Source of the DNA: Gracilinanus agilis
Lineage: Eukaryota
DNA: 63,850 bases
Direction: 5' to 3'
Assembly (NCBI RefSeq): GCF_016433145.1
Contig: NC_058133.1
Coordinates: forward strand, 377,053,349-377,117,198
Shown: in pieces, positions 1 to 13,192 of the stretch
Numbering within the stretch: the stretch's first letter is position 1
Layout: every line of letters starts with the position of its first letter
Translations under genes and position numbers: made by a program
Notes under the pieces: generated by a model
What the model was told of the DNA's origin: nothing
Databases searched by the model: none
What the model saw: only the letters and a program-made list of their open reading frames with translations

Positions 1-480
1 TCTCCAAAAACAGCTTTTTAAATAGAATGTTGGGAGACATGTTCTAGTCCTATTATTCCACTAAGTCATATTTTATTGGGCTGTTCATTTTCTTTTCTTG
101 AACATTTGTTTCATCATTTATAAAATGAGGGGATTTGGCTAGATGACCTCTAAGTTTTACAATTTTAAAGGCTGTGTTTATTTCCAAATCTACTTTAAAT
201 ACTGCTACAGATAAAGTTAAACCGTTCATTCTAAGTAATTGAAAGGAAATATTTTTGTTAATTTTGTGTTTTTGGTGGCTTTTAGGTGCACAGTGAAATG
301 AATTTCAGTAACTTCTTTATCTGTCTTTTCAAGGAGACTCTGAGCTATCCTTCTATTTACAGAACTTCCATAGGTCTTTTGTTTGCATTTATTGCCTATT
401 AATTATTATATGATTCATATCCACCAGTAATTGTCATTGAACCAAAGTATTAAGAGTTCTAATAGCTAAAATGGTCTTAA

Positions 481-680
481 GGGGCAGCCAGGTGGGTTGG
501 TAGATAGAGTGCTAGGCTTGGAGATGGAAAATCATGGGTTCAAATCTGGCCTTAGACACTTCCTCGCTGTGTGATCCTGGACAAGCCACTTAACCCCAAT
601 TCCCTAGCCCTTACCACTCTGCTGCCTTGAGACTGATATTTAGTATGGATTCTAAGACAAAAACTAAGAGTTTTTAAAAC
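481..680 (+). mobile_element. tRNA-derived CORE-SINE, SINE1_Mdo-like family (older, diverged copy)
   Basis: GGGGCAGC..GGTAGATAGAG head, GGTTCAAATCTGGCC B-box, CORE segment, and a CTAGCCCTTACCACT..TTCTAAGAC tail ending in an A-rich tract. Confidence 0.85.
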
Positions 681-1129
681 AAAATGAAATGAAACAAAAA
701 ACTGATCTTTACAGGAAGTTAAAAAAACTACATGATTCTTAGATTCCTCTACCCTATGCCTAAGTCTGTATTATCTTTCATATCTCTATATTTATCTTTT
801 TTCACATCTCTGTCTCTATTTCTATCTGATATCTACGTATCTATGTATAGTCATAAATATGTGTGTATATTTATGCATATATAGAAAAACTTGCTTCAAG
901 TGACTGATCCTTTAGCTTCACACCTCAGATTTTTCAACTATCAAATGAGATTGAACTAATTGGTCTTTAAGGCCTCTCTTAGTTCTAATTATCAGTGGTT
1001 CTGATGCCTTTCTAATTCTTTAAAGCAACTGCATGCTCATCTATATTACCTTTTTTGCAGGTATATGTATATAAAACCCTCTGGCATTCAAAGTCCTTTA
1101 TAACCAACTATATTTATAACTTTATAACC

Positions 1130-1490
1130 TTTCTAGTTTTATACCTGACACCACCCATCTCTAATACCCTGATGTTCCTTGAATAAAACCTCTATCTCCT
1201 AACTCTAAGCATTTTCATGGACTATCCTTTATCCCATCTCTGCCTTCTGTCTTTCTTGGACTCCTTCAAGTCTCAGGTAAAAGCCTACCACCTGTAGGAA
1301 GCCTTTCTAGTTCCCTCTTAAATCTAGTGCCTCCCTTCTGTTGTATATAGCTTGTTTAAAAACAGTTGTTTGTATGGTGTCTCCCCATTAGCTCTTTCAG
1401 AGCAAGTATTATCTCTTTATCTTTCTTTATAACCCCATGTTTAGCACTAGTATATAGTTGGTACTTATTAATGTTTTCATGACTAATTAT
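1130..1490 (+). mobile_element. L2 LINE 3' fragment
   Basis: Pyrimidine-rich L2 3' region ending in a TTAGCAC..ATAGTTGGTACTTATTAATG tail variant. Confidence 0.6.
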
Positions 1491-2015
1491 TCCAACTTGG
1501 AATTCTGATTTCCTGATTATGGTTTACTTACCATCAAATATTCACCAATATCATAGCAAATAAGAAGGAGTTATTTATGAACTGTTTATTATAGTTTATG
1601 TAGGGTATATTCAGATAATCAATATGAATGAGATTTGTAAAAAAAATTCTGAAATTGTTCTCTGTAACACAATGCAATCTGATTTGATTGTATGTTGATT
1701 GTTATTTGTTTTTGTTTTCTGATTATATATCATATACTGTATATCCATTTTCCTATTTCTTTCTTTCTCTCTCTCCCCCCTCTCTTTTTTCCTCTGCTCA
1801 TTCTGTGTTTTATTACTAACACATGAGAAAGTTCACATCTAAGATATCACAATAGAAGAATTCTCCATATTCAGGAGAAACAACAATGCACTAGGACATA
1901 TACACCTCTCTGTGCCCCCACAGAAATATAATTAAAATAATAAGAAAAAAGATCTATTACTAGTATGCCACATAAAAATGATTGCAAATACGGTATGAGG
2001 AAAGTTAACCCTTAC

Positions 2016-2144
2016 TTATCACAATTTGATAGCTCCTCAGGAGTACATTCATCAGAGTGAAACCGATGATTCTTGTCACATTAGTAACAGGCAAAGAGCT
2101 TGCTACAAAATCTCTAGTAGTAGCTGATTGTAAAGCAGTCACAT
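2016..2144 (-). other. Candidate internal exon (129 nt, phase 1-1), unidentified host gene
   Basis: Minus strand has a long polypyrimidine tract plus CAG acceptor and an AA|GTAAGG donor. One frame is open: DVTALQSATTRDFVASSLPVTNVTRIIGFTLMNVLLRSYQIVI. The surrounding sequence is not a recognisable repeat, and I do not recognise the peptide. Confidence 0.35.
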
Positions 2145-4593
2145 CTGTAAAGATGGAGAAAGTAAGTGGGAGAACAAGAAGTCGATTTTGCAAGGGCAGC
2201 AGGTTGCCATGGTTTCTGCATCTCAAGGTAGGATTGGTACAGTGTGCATTGAGCAGCATCTGAGGCTAGGTCTGCACAACCAAAGAGAAGTGCAGAATAC
2301 AAGCAATAATCTAGATACTTCTGATTGGTTGAGCACAAATAAGCAATTTTCTGGATAATTAAACCAATCCACTTCATTTTGTCAAATCTCACACACATAT
2401 GTTTGAGCACATATGCATGGCTTGCTGAACTGGAAATATCTTACTTTAAAGGAGGTAGATGGCAGTGTACTTCTTCATGATAAAATGAGAGACTGAATCC
2501 AAAAGTGCTTTTTTTATAAGCTCCAAAGCACTATACAAGTATTAGCTAAAAATAAGTTATTTTAATTATGTTAAAGCTAATGCCTCATATAGCCTTTTCA
2601 GAGAATTGTCTTCTTTCTAATGTTTATGACTTTATTTTGCTTGAAATGTATGCATTAAATTTAACTGTCAGGTGCTAGAGAAACAGGATGCCTTGATGGA
2701 TCAAACTCTTGGATTATATGTTGTCTGCAACACTTCCAAACTTGGAGGGAATCAAATTAAAATGTAGATGGGAATTGTTTAACAAAATAAATAAAAAATA
2801 TAATACAACATCAATAATGTTATTTTGTGGTTTTCTAAGTTAATATAGACTCCTTAGGGATCCTTTTTATTTTATTTTGACACCAATGCTCTGTTTACAC
2901 ACATGATTTCTCTTACTATTATTGATGTTGAGAATGCCTTCCCCTGCCTTTTTCTGTTGAAATTCTATTTGCCTTTGAAGGTTCTTGTCTAAAATGTCAT
3001 CTTGACATAGCTGGCTTTGATCAGTCTGGTCAGTAATAATCTTTTCCCATTCTATTCTCAAATTGTACCCCATTTTTAGGCCACTTATATAATTATATAC
3101 TATTTTGCTTCATAGGTATTTGTACACATTTTGTAGCTTATACTCAGGTATGAGTTTCAGAAGAAGCAAGGACCATTTCATATTCATTTTATTAATCTAG
3201 ACCCGTTCCCAGGGCCTAGGACAGAATTCTTCACATGATAGCTTGGTTTTAAATGAATGATTTTAAAGACTGAATTAGACTTAAATGAGTCTTATGGATG
3301 GAAGTATTCCGACAATGCAACGAAGTGAAGTGTGGAATTGAGGCAGTAATTGAGATAATTCTGAGTTGTTGAGTACAAGGAAACATCTATTTCTGGGATA
3401 ATTACTTGCTTATCCCACAAGACAGATAGACCTGTCCATCCTATGTGACTCTTGTCCAGTGCCCTTATAAGTTTACCACAGGAGCCCACTCAGTGTAATG
3501 GAAAACTCACTTTCTTTTGACATCATGAAAATGGTGGTGAGCACATGGGCTTTCATGAATACAACAATGCAAGGAAACCTCAATTTGTGAATAATTACAT
3601 TTTAAAAGTGTATGTACAAATGTTTGAAATAAGAAATTCAATTTTCCATGGAAACATTCTAGAAACAATTCCTCTCTGTCCCTCCCACCATTCTCCATGT
3701 GTGCTGTTTCTATGATTAGAGTGAAAATTTCTTGAAAATTGGGACTGTCTTTGCTCTTGTATTTGGTATCCCCACCCTTACACATCCTACACATCCTGGC
3801 ACTTAGATGCTTTTTCATTTATTTTCTTCATTCATAATGAAGCCAAAGTGAAAAATTAGTAGCCTGACCTTGGAGTTTTTGTAGCAGTAGGGCTTGAGGA
3901 GGAGGAAGAAAACATTTCTCTTTTGTAGGGGTCAACACTGGCTTAATACAAAGTTCGTCTCTGACATTTTCCCACTCCCTTCTTTCTAATGTGGTTTGAT
4001 CCATGCCTTCTACCCCCATCAAATATCCTGTATTTAAAGTGCCCTGTTTCCAAAATTACTTAATTATTCCACCACTTTGTCCCTCATCAAAATTCCTCTT
4101 CTCAATTCACAGTGAATTCCAACTGTTAGAAGGAAAATAATCTGATTGAACATATATGAATATACTTTTAATGGATTTAGAGTACAAGAACCTTGGTTCA
4201 AATCCCAAATCTGCCATTATCCATGTGACTGGGTAATTTATTTCTTTGGGCCCAAGTTTTCTTATTTGTAAAATGACAATGTACTAGATGATTTCTAAGG
4301 TTCTTTCTAGCTGTAATCTTCTACAGTCCTGTGAGTTAGCACTTAAGTCTGATAATATTTAAATATTTTAAAAATGCTTGTTAATTAATCCATTCTGTAA
4401 AATTTCAGGCAGGGTAATAAACTCAAAACATTAGAGTGGTATGGGGAAAGATTTTTAGTAGGATTTCACTGAGTAGAAGAACAACTTCCCAGGTCAGTTT
4501 CCTTAACAATTTATGATCTTCACAGATTTTTCAATTTCCACTTCTGTACAGAGACTTTTATATTCCACAATCTCCTTGTGCCCCATTTTCCTT

Positions 4594-4666
4594 AGGCCAG
4601 ATTTGAACCTAGGACCTCCCATATCCAGGGCTGGCTCTCAATCCACTGAACCACACAGATGCCCCA
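4594..4666 (-). mobile_element. SINE1_Mdo-like 5' fragment
   Basis: Reverse complement of the SINE head (GGCCAGATTTGAACCTAGGACCTCC..GGCTCTCAATCCACTGA..GCCCC). Confidence 0.75.
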
Positions 4667-5159
4667 GATTTCTCTCTTTAAGTCTGTAGTATTCCATGAC
4701 ATAACTGAATGAAAGCCTTGTTATATCAACAAAAAGCTGCCTGACCATGAGCAAAACCCATTTACCCTTTTTAAAAAAATCTCTATTTCCTCATCTATAA
4801 ATTTAAGGGGTATGATACTTGATCTCTAAGGTCCTTATTCTGATATTCTAAACATTAGCTATTAAAAATCTAGTCTTTATATAACACTTTAAATTTTACA
4901 AATTCATTTATATATGTTACCTCATTTGACCCTGTTTTATGAAATTTATGAGGGTGTAGAATTTGGACCGAATTATTCTTCTGTGTTATCCTTTGTGATT
5001 GGTGCTAGGTCTCAAATTAATTTTGACCACTAGAACTTTTTTTAGCATTAGGAGGGCAAAGAAGGAGATAAAGTCTTTTAAAAGAGTAATGAAGTATATA
5101 GGTTATTTTCCCTCATGAGTAGCATTCATAAGTATGGGTAATAAGTTATAAATCATTTT

Positions 5160-6285
5160 TAGATTATTATTTTTAAAATTAAAATACATTTTTTTCTACT
5201 TTACACCTCAATATAAACTTGTTTTCTAACATTTCATGATCTATGTTCTCTCCCTTCCTTCTACCCTGTCCTCCTCCCTTAGACAGCAGGTAAGATGATA
5301 TATTGGCTGTACGTATTTTATCATACAATACATATTTCTATCATGTTGTAAAAGAAGACGTATCATTTACACTAGAGAAAAATTTATGGTGGAAACAAAA
5401 TGAAGAATGATATGCTTCAATCTTCATTTGGACTTTTGTCAGTTCCTTCTATGGCAGTGGATAGCCTTTTCCATCACGAGTCCCTTGGAGTTATCCCAGA
5501 TCCTTGCATTGTTGATAACAGTTGAGTCATTCATAGTTTATCATTATACACAAATGTTATTGGATACAACATTCTCCTGGTTCTACTCACTTTACTTTGC
5601 ATCATTTCATATACCTTTCTAGTTCTTTTTTTTTTTTGGTGATCATCTTCATGATTTCTTAAAGCAAAATAGTATTCCATTATAATCACATACCACAACT
5701 TGTTCAGCCATTCTGTAGTTGGTGGACATCTCTTTGGTTTCCAGTTTTTTGCTACCACACAAAAAAGCTGCTATAAATATTTTTGAACATGTAGGTTCTT
5801 TCCCCCATCTTTGATGTCATCAGGATATAGATCTAATAATGGTATTGCTACACCAAAAGATATGCACAGTTCGATGGTCCTTTGGGTGTGGTTTCAAATT
5901 GCTTTTCAGAATGGTTGTATTAGTTTACAGCTTCAGCAACAATGTATTTGTGTACTAATTTTACCACATCCCCATCAACATTTATTATTTTCCTTTTTTT
6001 ATTATATTTCCCAGTCTGATAGGTGTGTAGTGGTACTTCAGAGTTGTATTAATTTGCATTTATATAATTAATAGTTATTTGGCTCATTTTTTCATATGAC
6101 TAAAGATAGTTTTAATTTCTTTATCTGATAATTGCCTGTTCATATCATTTTACCACTGTCAGTTGGGAAATGTTTTGTGTTCTTATAAAGTTGGTTCAAT
6201 TCTTTATATATTTGAGAAATGAAGCCTTTCTCAAAGACATTTGCTATAAACTTTTTTTTCTAGTTTGTGATCTTGATTGCATTGG
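5160..6285 (-). mobile_element. L1 LINE, ORF2 C-terminus and 3' UTR fragment
   Basis: ORF 5531-5758(-) MVAKNWKPKRCPPTTEWLNKLWYVIIMEYY matches the L1 ORF2 C-terminus. Confidence 0.9.
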
Positions 6286-6302
6286 TTTTAGCTATAAGTT
6301 TT

Positions 6303-6489
6303 TTTTTAATTTTAGACCCTTAACTTCTGTGTATTGACTTATAGGTGGAAGATTGGTAAGGGTAGGCAATGGGGGTCAAGTGACTTGCCCAGGGTCACAC
6401 AGCTGGGAAGTGTCTGAGGCCGGATTTGAACCTAGGACCTCCTGTCTCTAGGCCTGGCTCTCAATCCACTGAGCTATCCAGCTGCCCCC
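6303..6489 (-). mobile_element. SINE1_Mdo-type SINE with TSD
   Basis: Full-length copy flanked by the direct repeat AGCTATAAGTTT at about 6290 and 6490. Confidence 0.92.
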
Positions 6490-6544
6490 AGCTATAAGTT
6501 TTAATTACGTGGATTGGTAATGATCAATAATTCTTAACATTGGT

Positions 6545-7180
6545 CTACCTTGTGGAAAGGCAGCCAATAAAGTTGATGTGATCTCTGGCTTCATAAAGGG
6601 ACACATAAGAGTCTAAGACCATAGAAGTGAAAGCATCGCCTTCCTCTGATGTGGTCATACTCCTCCACTGGAGTATTCTGTTTTATCCATTGCATTCCCA
6701 CCCCCACTCTGGCCCTGGCACTTGCCATTTTATAAATAATGATAAGTTGTAGAACATCCAGAAAACCAGGTCTGCCAGGATGATGAATGCTATAACATAT
6801 GAAGATTGGTAGAATTAATAAAGAAGGTAGAAGGAAGATTATTAAGGGTTGTTAACTTAGGAAAAAAAGAGAAATTATTGGGGAGGAGGCAAGTATGATA
6901 GCCATTTTCAATTATATAAAGAACTATTATATAGAGGGAAGATTAGACTTGTACTACCTGGCTCCAGAAAATAGAAATAAAAGCAATGGGTGGAAGTTTC
7001 AAAGAAGCACATTTGAGATTAATATGAATAAAACTTTATAACAAGTATACTATCTAATAGTAGAATGGACTTCTAGGGGAGGCAGGAGAGTCTTCTTTAG
7101 TGGAGGGTTTCAAGCCAAAGCTGCCTGACCATGTTAGTAGAAGGCAATATATAGAGTGTGGGTTGGACAAGATGATTTAT
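6545..7180 (+). mobile_element. CR1/L3 LINE 3' fragment
   Basis: Degenerate CR1 RT C-terminus and 3' end (AAGCAATGGGTGGAAGTT..TTTCAAGCCAAAGCTGCCTGACCA). Confidence 0.7.
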
Positions 7181-7639
7181 TAATGACCCGAAAGTTTTTC
7201 AAAATATTAAGAGACCTTTGAAAATGGGGAACAAAGTAATTCTCTGAAATCCTGATACACCACTACAGAAGAAAGTCTGACTTTTAAAATTGGTAAAATA
7301 AAGGAGATTTTTAAAAAATAAGTGAACTGGACCAGAGAGCTACTGAGTGACTCCTTTTAACTTGCAAATTCTATGATTTTGTGAAGGGAATAGTTACATA
7401 ACAAGCACTTGTAGTCTTTTGAATCTGGATTGCCAACAGTATGGGAAAGCCAAAGAAATTCCCCTGAAACTCAAATTCCAAACAGGAATTTTGAGAGAGC
7501 GAAGAAGATTCTTGGGAATGGGTCTTGTGGAGAAAATGGGCACAGGAGAGAAACTGGAGACTAAGTCCACTAAACAACTCCTCCTTCACATTTCTTTCCT
7601 TTATACAAAAGGGCTTGAATTCTTCATCTTTAACTTCCT

Positions 7640-8850
7640 GCTAGAAAAATTCCAAGGTTAATCATGGAGAGCTGAATGAGACTTCCCAGGGCTCTTCAGC
7701 AGGTGTAGCCTCTCAGCGATCACCAGAAGATAGTTTCTAATTGTAGGGATGATTATCATAGGTGTATTAGTGAGCATGCAGCGTGCAAGAGGGTCTAGCT
7801 GGCATTCAATTACTGAAGAGTTCATTCCCTGGTAAATGCTTCCTGGAGTATTGCACCTGGCTTGGAGAGCTCCCCAATCTGAAGTTTTTACAGTTAAAGA
7901 TGTATTCACTAGACTAAGATACTAGTAAAACCACTAACAGAATGACTTCTAAGAGGAATGAGTTCTTAGAGTGTCTAGAGCCAGGCACATGCTCAATAAT
8001 GTAATCTCAGGCTTAATCAATAGAAGGAAAGTACAGAGCATTGGTGTCAAATAGAGACAGGGACTACTAAATCATACATAAAGATCCCTGCCAGCTACGT
8101 ATTGACTTAGGAAACCAGATATTAACATTGTCTCTTTCTATTAAATTTTTTATTTATTTTGTTAAATATTTCCCAATTATATTTTAATCTAGTTCAAGTT
8201 GCATTCGAGTGTTATGGGCTACCTGGAGGCTTCATGTTTGACATCTTGGGTCCAGTGCAAGAGAGGTGATAGTCTCATTGTACTCCACCCTGAACAGGCT
8301 ACATCTGGGGTACTGTGTCCCATTTGGGTCATCATGTTTTAAAAAGGATACTGATGAGCTAGAATATGACCAGAGATAAGAATTCAGGATCAAATGAGAT
8401 ATTAGTAAAGCAATTAGCATAGTGCTTTACATATAGAAGAGGCTTAATAGATGTTTGTTCCCTTCCTTTTTGACCCTCCCTTTCCTCATTCAGGATTCTG
8501 TGGAAACTTGAATCAATAGCATATTATTATTGGTTGGAGAAATGGAATATTTAACTCAAAACCATGACTATCATCTTCAATTATATAAAGAGTTGCCATT
8601 TTGAAGAGAGATTAGACTTAGTTTGCTTAGTCCTGATGGATAGAATTAGGACCAATGAATAAAAAGTTAAGGGAAGACAGATTTTTGCCTCAACACATCC
8701 GAAATAAAACCCCTAAAAAGTAGTTGTCTTGAAAAAGAATGACCTATCATGAGAAACAATGAGTTTCATCTCATTGGTCTTCAGGCAAGAAATGAATAAT
8801 CTTTCATCAAGAATGGCATAGATGGGATTCATGACTTGGGCATTAATGGA
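7640..8850 (+). mobile_element. CR1/L3 ORF2 RT remnants (fragmented)
   Basis: Degenerate RT motifs: SQGSSAG (about PQGSVLG), VLHL, ISGLINRR, and REVIVSLYSTLNRLHLGYCVPFGSSCFKKDTDELE (about [35 protein letters not shown]). Confidence 0.7.
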
Positions 8851-9189
8851 AATGGATACCCTTCTGTAAATCTAGAATAATGCCATGCCATATCTTTTTA
8901 TTCAGTATAGTTATCTAATTTGAGATTCAAATTATCCTCCTGAATAGAAAATAATAGCTATTTCCCTTCATTGTTTCAATTTCTAACAATTTTCAAGCAC
9001 ACAATGTTAAAAGTCAGACAAGACCTTAAAGGTTTTCTAGCCTAGCCTACTATGCCATGCAGAATTCTCATTACAACATCCCTGACAGATGGGTCATATA
9101 GCCTCTTTTGGAATACTTCTAGTGATGGAGAGAGCAGTTTCTCACAAGAAAGACTATTTTGTTTCTGATTGCTCCATCAATCACTCCTA

Positions 9190-9850
9190 CTATGTACCCT
9201 CGTCTTCATTTACTATCTCTCCTCTGGTTCTTTCCTTTTCACCTATGAACATGTTCAGGATTCCCCTATGCCAAACAAACAAACAAACAAACAAACAAAC
9301 AAGCAAGCAAACAAACAAACAAACAAACAAGCAAACAAACAATAAAACCATGTATTCCTTCTGTTTTCCACTGCCAGATTCATGAAAAGAATAGTTAATA
9401 TTTTCTGCTTCCAATTCCTCACTACCTATCAACTTCTAACTGTCTCAGTTTGATTCCAGCCCACAACATGCTACTGAATCCACTCTCTCCCAAAGACCTC
9501 CTAATTGCCAAATACCGTGACTTCATCCCCCCTTGATCCTGAAGCATTTAACACCATGCTTGGAATTCTCTTGTCGTATCTATGTCCTTTTCTGGCTTCC
9601 CACATAATTTCCCACCTTCTATATGAAATATTTCTGAATCGCTTTTAATATTAGTGCCTTCCTGCTGCTGATTATTTCCAGTGTACCCCACATATATCTT
9701 GCTTACCCATGGTTATTTGCTTGTTCTCTCCCCCAATAGACTGTGAGTACCTCCAGAATAGGGAACTGTCTTTTGCCTTTATATGTGCTCTATTTACCAT
9801 AGTGCTTGGCATATAGTAGGTGCTTAATGAATGTTTATTTGCTAACATAA
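9190..9850 (+). mobile_element. L2 LINE fragments
   Basis: L2-type pyrimidine-rich body and a GCTTGGCATATAGTAGGTGCTTAATGAATG tail. Confidence 0.65.
9273..9342 (+). repeat. (AAAC)n microsatellite with AAGC interruptions
   Basis: Directly visible. Confidence 0.97.
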
Positions 9851-11059
9851 CTTATCACCTTCTCTTGGATATATCTTTTTCCCTTGGTTTTTGTGTGGCA
9901 TTACATTCTTCTAGTATTTATTTCAACTCTCTGATGATTTTTTCTCCATCATTGGATTATCTTCCTCCTATTACTCATTAAAGATATTATTAAATGAACA
10001 TTGTGGTTACAGACAGAAAATACTTGAGTTTGAACCATATTTCTGATAATTACAAGTTATGTGGCCATGGATAAATCCTTTTCTTTTCTGAACCTCAAAT
10101 TCCTCACTTATAAAAATGGCATTAGTGACTGTAGAATTTAACTTATTAATTGTGAAGATAAAAATGAGATAATGTATGAAAATCAATTTGTAAAACTGAG
10201 CCAGGTTAGGTAACCTTTCACGGTCATATAGGTAACAAGTGGCTAAGGCAGAATTTTAACTTGGACCTTCCTGATCCCAAGCTTACTCATTCCACTATAC
10301 TGCCTAGTTACTTCTGTATCTTATATACAGGTAGACTGCCTGCTGACTTAGTATTGCTAACTTTAGTAATAGTCCTAGAATCGGCTTAGTTGTGAGAAGG
10401 GACTTTCTCTATTTTTGTAGGAAATAATACATTAGGAAGGAAATTGGGAAATTATAAAGAACTTGGGAAGGCTACAGGAGGGGGGTAAGGCTGTTAGCTG
10501 TAGACAATTCAAACTCTTGACAATTGTGTAGGAGATAAAAGGTGTATAATAAGAGACTGCTAAGTCCCCTATATTTAATTTACTGGTCCTGTCACAGTGC
10601 CTAAAACTTCCCACATTCGTCACACCTTTGGATTAAGTCATTAAAAGCTCAAGTTAAAAAGCAAACACATTATCATTAATACCCTAGCTCAAAGAAGTTT
10701 AGCAGCTTAGCTCCTGTCACTGATCAGAGTCCTGAGAGAATGAGAAGAGAGTCTTCTAGCATTAGGCTGCCAAAAGTGAAGAGTAAGACTGTGGGGATGT
10801 TTGTATTACTGTGCTAAAACTTCTATTATAAAGTTGAAAAGAATATGCATTTGAAAAAAAATTACTATAGGTTTAGTGGGGAAAATGCCAAATTTGGAGT
10901 CAAAGGAGATGAGTTCAAATTCTGACTGTCTTTTGTTAGCTAGACAACTTTAAAAAAACAAGGATGTTGGACTAGATGACCCATAACATCTCTTTTTTCA
11001 GCTCTAAATCTGTGATCCTCTACATTTCATTGTGATATAGAGGTGACTCTAGATTCTCA

Positions 11060-11270
11060 GAGAAAATAGGATAATACAACAGATAGAGTTCAGGGCTTGG
11101 AGTCAGGAAGACCTGACTTTAAATTCAGCCTCAGACACTGACTAGTTATATGACTGTCTGACTCAGTTTCATTAGCCATAAACTGGGGATCATAGTAGTG
11201 CCTACATCCCAGGGTTGTTATGAAGATTAAATGTGTTAGTATTGGAAAAGTGCCTGGCATATAGTAGGTG
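11060..11270 (+). mobile_element. MIR/Ther-type CORE-SINE
   Basis: GGAGTCAGGAAGACCTGACTTTAAATTCAGCCTCAGACACT..CTCAGTTTC..CCCAGGGTTGTTATGAAGATTAAATG. Confidence 0.8.
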
Positions 11271-11929
11271 CCTGAGGGTAGGGACTGTATTTTTGTCTTT
11301 CTTTAATCTCTGATGCTTTACACAGTGTTTGGCATATAATGCTTAATAAATGTTTATCAACTACTTTAGTCTTTCCTTTTCCATTATTAATAATAAGCAG
11401 GAATAAAAAGCACATTGCCAATGATTTCAGCTTATCCAATAAGGAAGAAAAATTTTTGTGAAAACATGGCAAAACCTTTTGAAGCAATGTAGCATATACA
11501 CTGATAGTCAGTGACTTGAGTGCAAAAATGCGAATGGGGAGGAAGGTGAAAAATGTAAGAATTTGGACTCTTTATTCTCAACTTCCTCACCATTCCCATC
11601 TTAACCTCTTATAATATGACATCTGGCCTCAAACTATCAAATATAATCTCTCCAAATTCACCAGTGATCTGCTAAATATAGTGTCCATCTGTAGCTTTAG
11701 CTTTTATTATTAACCAGTCCCTCATGCCAAATATTCTTTTTCTCCATTGGATTCTATGACACTGTTCTTTGTTTGTTCTCCTTCTAGACACATCTTGTCA
11801 TTATCTTTGGCTGGTTTATTATAGACCCTCTGCCCCTCACCATGGGTGTTCTTCAAAGCTTTGTCATGGACCCTCTTTTCTTTTTTTTCTACTTTACAAT
11901 TTCAATAGTTTCAACTGGACCTACTTAAA

Positions 11930-13060
11930 ATAAGAAATTGATGCCCCCCAAAATGAGGAATGATAAAAAGAAAACATTATTTACTTTGATTATTAAAATT
12001 TCTTGAAAATGTTTAGCTGATATAAAATAGTTGCCACAAAAGGGAAGCCAAAAGAGACTAGAATGGTGTTGATCTCTTTGTCAAAGAGAGGGTCATGGTA
12101 ATGCTTTTTTATTTTACATAAGTTGTAAAAGCATTTGTAAAATCCAGAAAAGGAATAGGGTGGAAGAATCCAAGCTATGTGACCCCATAAAACAACAAAG
12201 AGAAATAGTGGAAGTGAAAATAAGCCTGCAAAATTTTTGGCTTGCTATTCAACTAGGCCATATTTCCCTAAGACCATGCACATTTGAAACTTGCTGGAGG
12301 GTTAAAAAAAGATGCAAAATGAAACAAATCTTTTAGTGTCTCTAAAAGATTCTTTTCCCTACTATCAATGGTGATGAAATCACTTTATTTGGATTCTAAC
12401 TTTCCAGTCTCTGACATGCTAAATGAAGAAATAGAAGTGGCACTTAAGCAAATGAAGTTGAGAAGGGGAGATGGATGAAGTATATATTAAAGAGATAATT
12501 ATCAAAATTTTCAGGGATCATTTTACAAGATAACTCAGGGATGAGAATATGCCAAATGAAGGGGAAAAATATCACGGATGATATAATTATCCCCACAAGA
12601 TGATCAAGAAGATGCAAATAACTATCACCCTTTCTCATTTTTATAAAACTTTATTTTGTGAATGGTCTAACATTTTTGAAGGTATCCTTGATGCAAATAT
12701 GAGAAGGAAACAAACCAGGTTTCACAAACGATTTTCCAAAGTGGACCACATCTTCACAGATCCACAATTACTTAAAAAATGCAAAGAATATAAGAACTTG
12801 TTGGTTTTATTATTTATTTATCAATAACAATATTTGTTTTGGTAGAGGAAACAGAGCCTTAAAAATCTGTCCTTTGATAAGAATATCTCATGCTGATATT
12901 AAGATCATGCATGACTTCTTGATAATGGAGAACCCATAGCTGATAATTCAATGCTAGTTACTACCTTAAAAATACCTAGGAAGACGTTCAGCACACCAGG
13001 AAGCCCCCTTTTGGAGAATCCATGGATAGGAATGATATGGAAAGAAATGGTAAAGAATGA
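11930..13060 (+). mobile_element. RTE-clade LINE, RT remnant
   Basis: ORF 12600-12827 ILDANMRRKQTRFHKRFSKVDHIFTDPQLLKKCKEY resembles the RTE RT segment LDENQPREQAGFRKGFSTIDHIFT..LIEKCREY. An EEIEVALKQMK motif lies upstream. Confidence 0.85.
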
Positions 13061-13192
13061 GAAGGGATGGATAGTTCCCATTTTGTAATAGATGGAGAAA
13101 ATATCCTCATTAGTGAGATCAGAGAGTCAATGAATCATTAAATGTACCATAAGTCCCTATATATCTTTGGAGCCTCTAATTTTCCTAGGATC

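Noticed and set aside
2867-3073. Minus-strand ORF with protein-like composition
   Set aside because: The DNA resembles an L2 remnant (GACATTTTAGACAAGAACCTTCAAAGG..GGAAGGCATTC).
7658-7909. Minus-strand ORF segment LARCM..IRNYLLVIAERL loosely resembling bornavirus nucleoprotein (endogenous viral element)
   Set aside because: The spacing to other N motifs does not fit and the flanking frames show no further similarity. The plus strand carries colinear CR1 RT motifs that explain the region.
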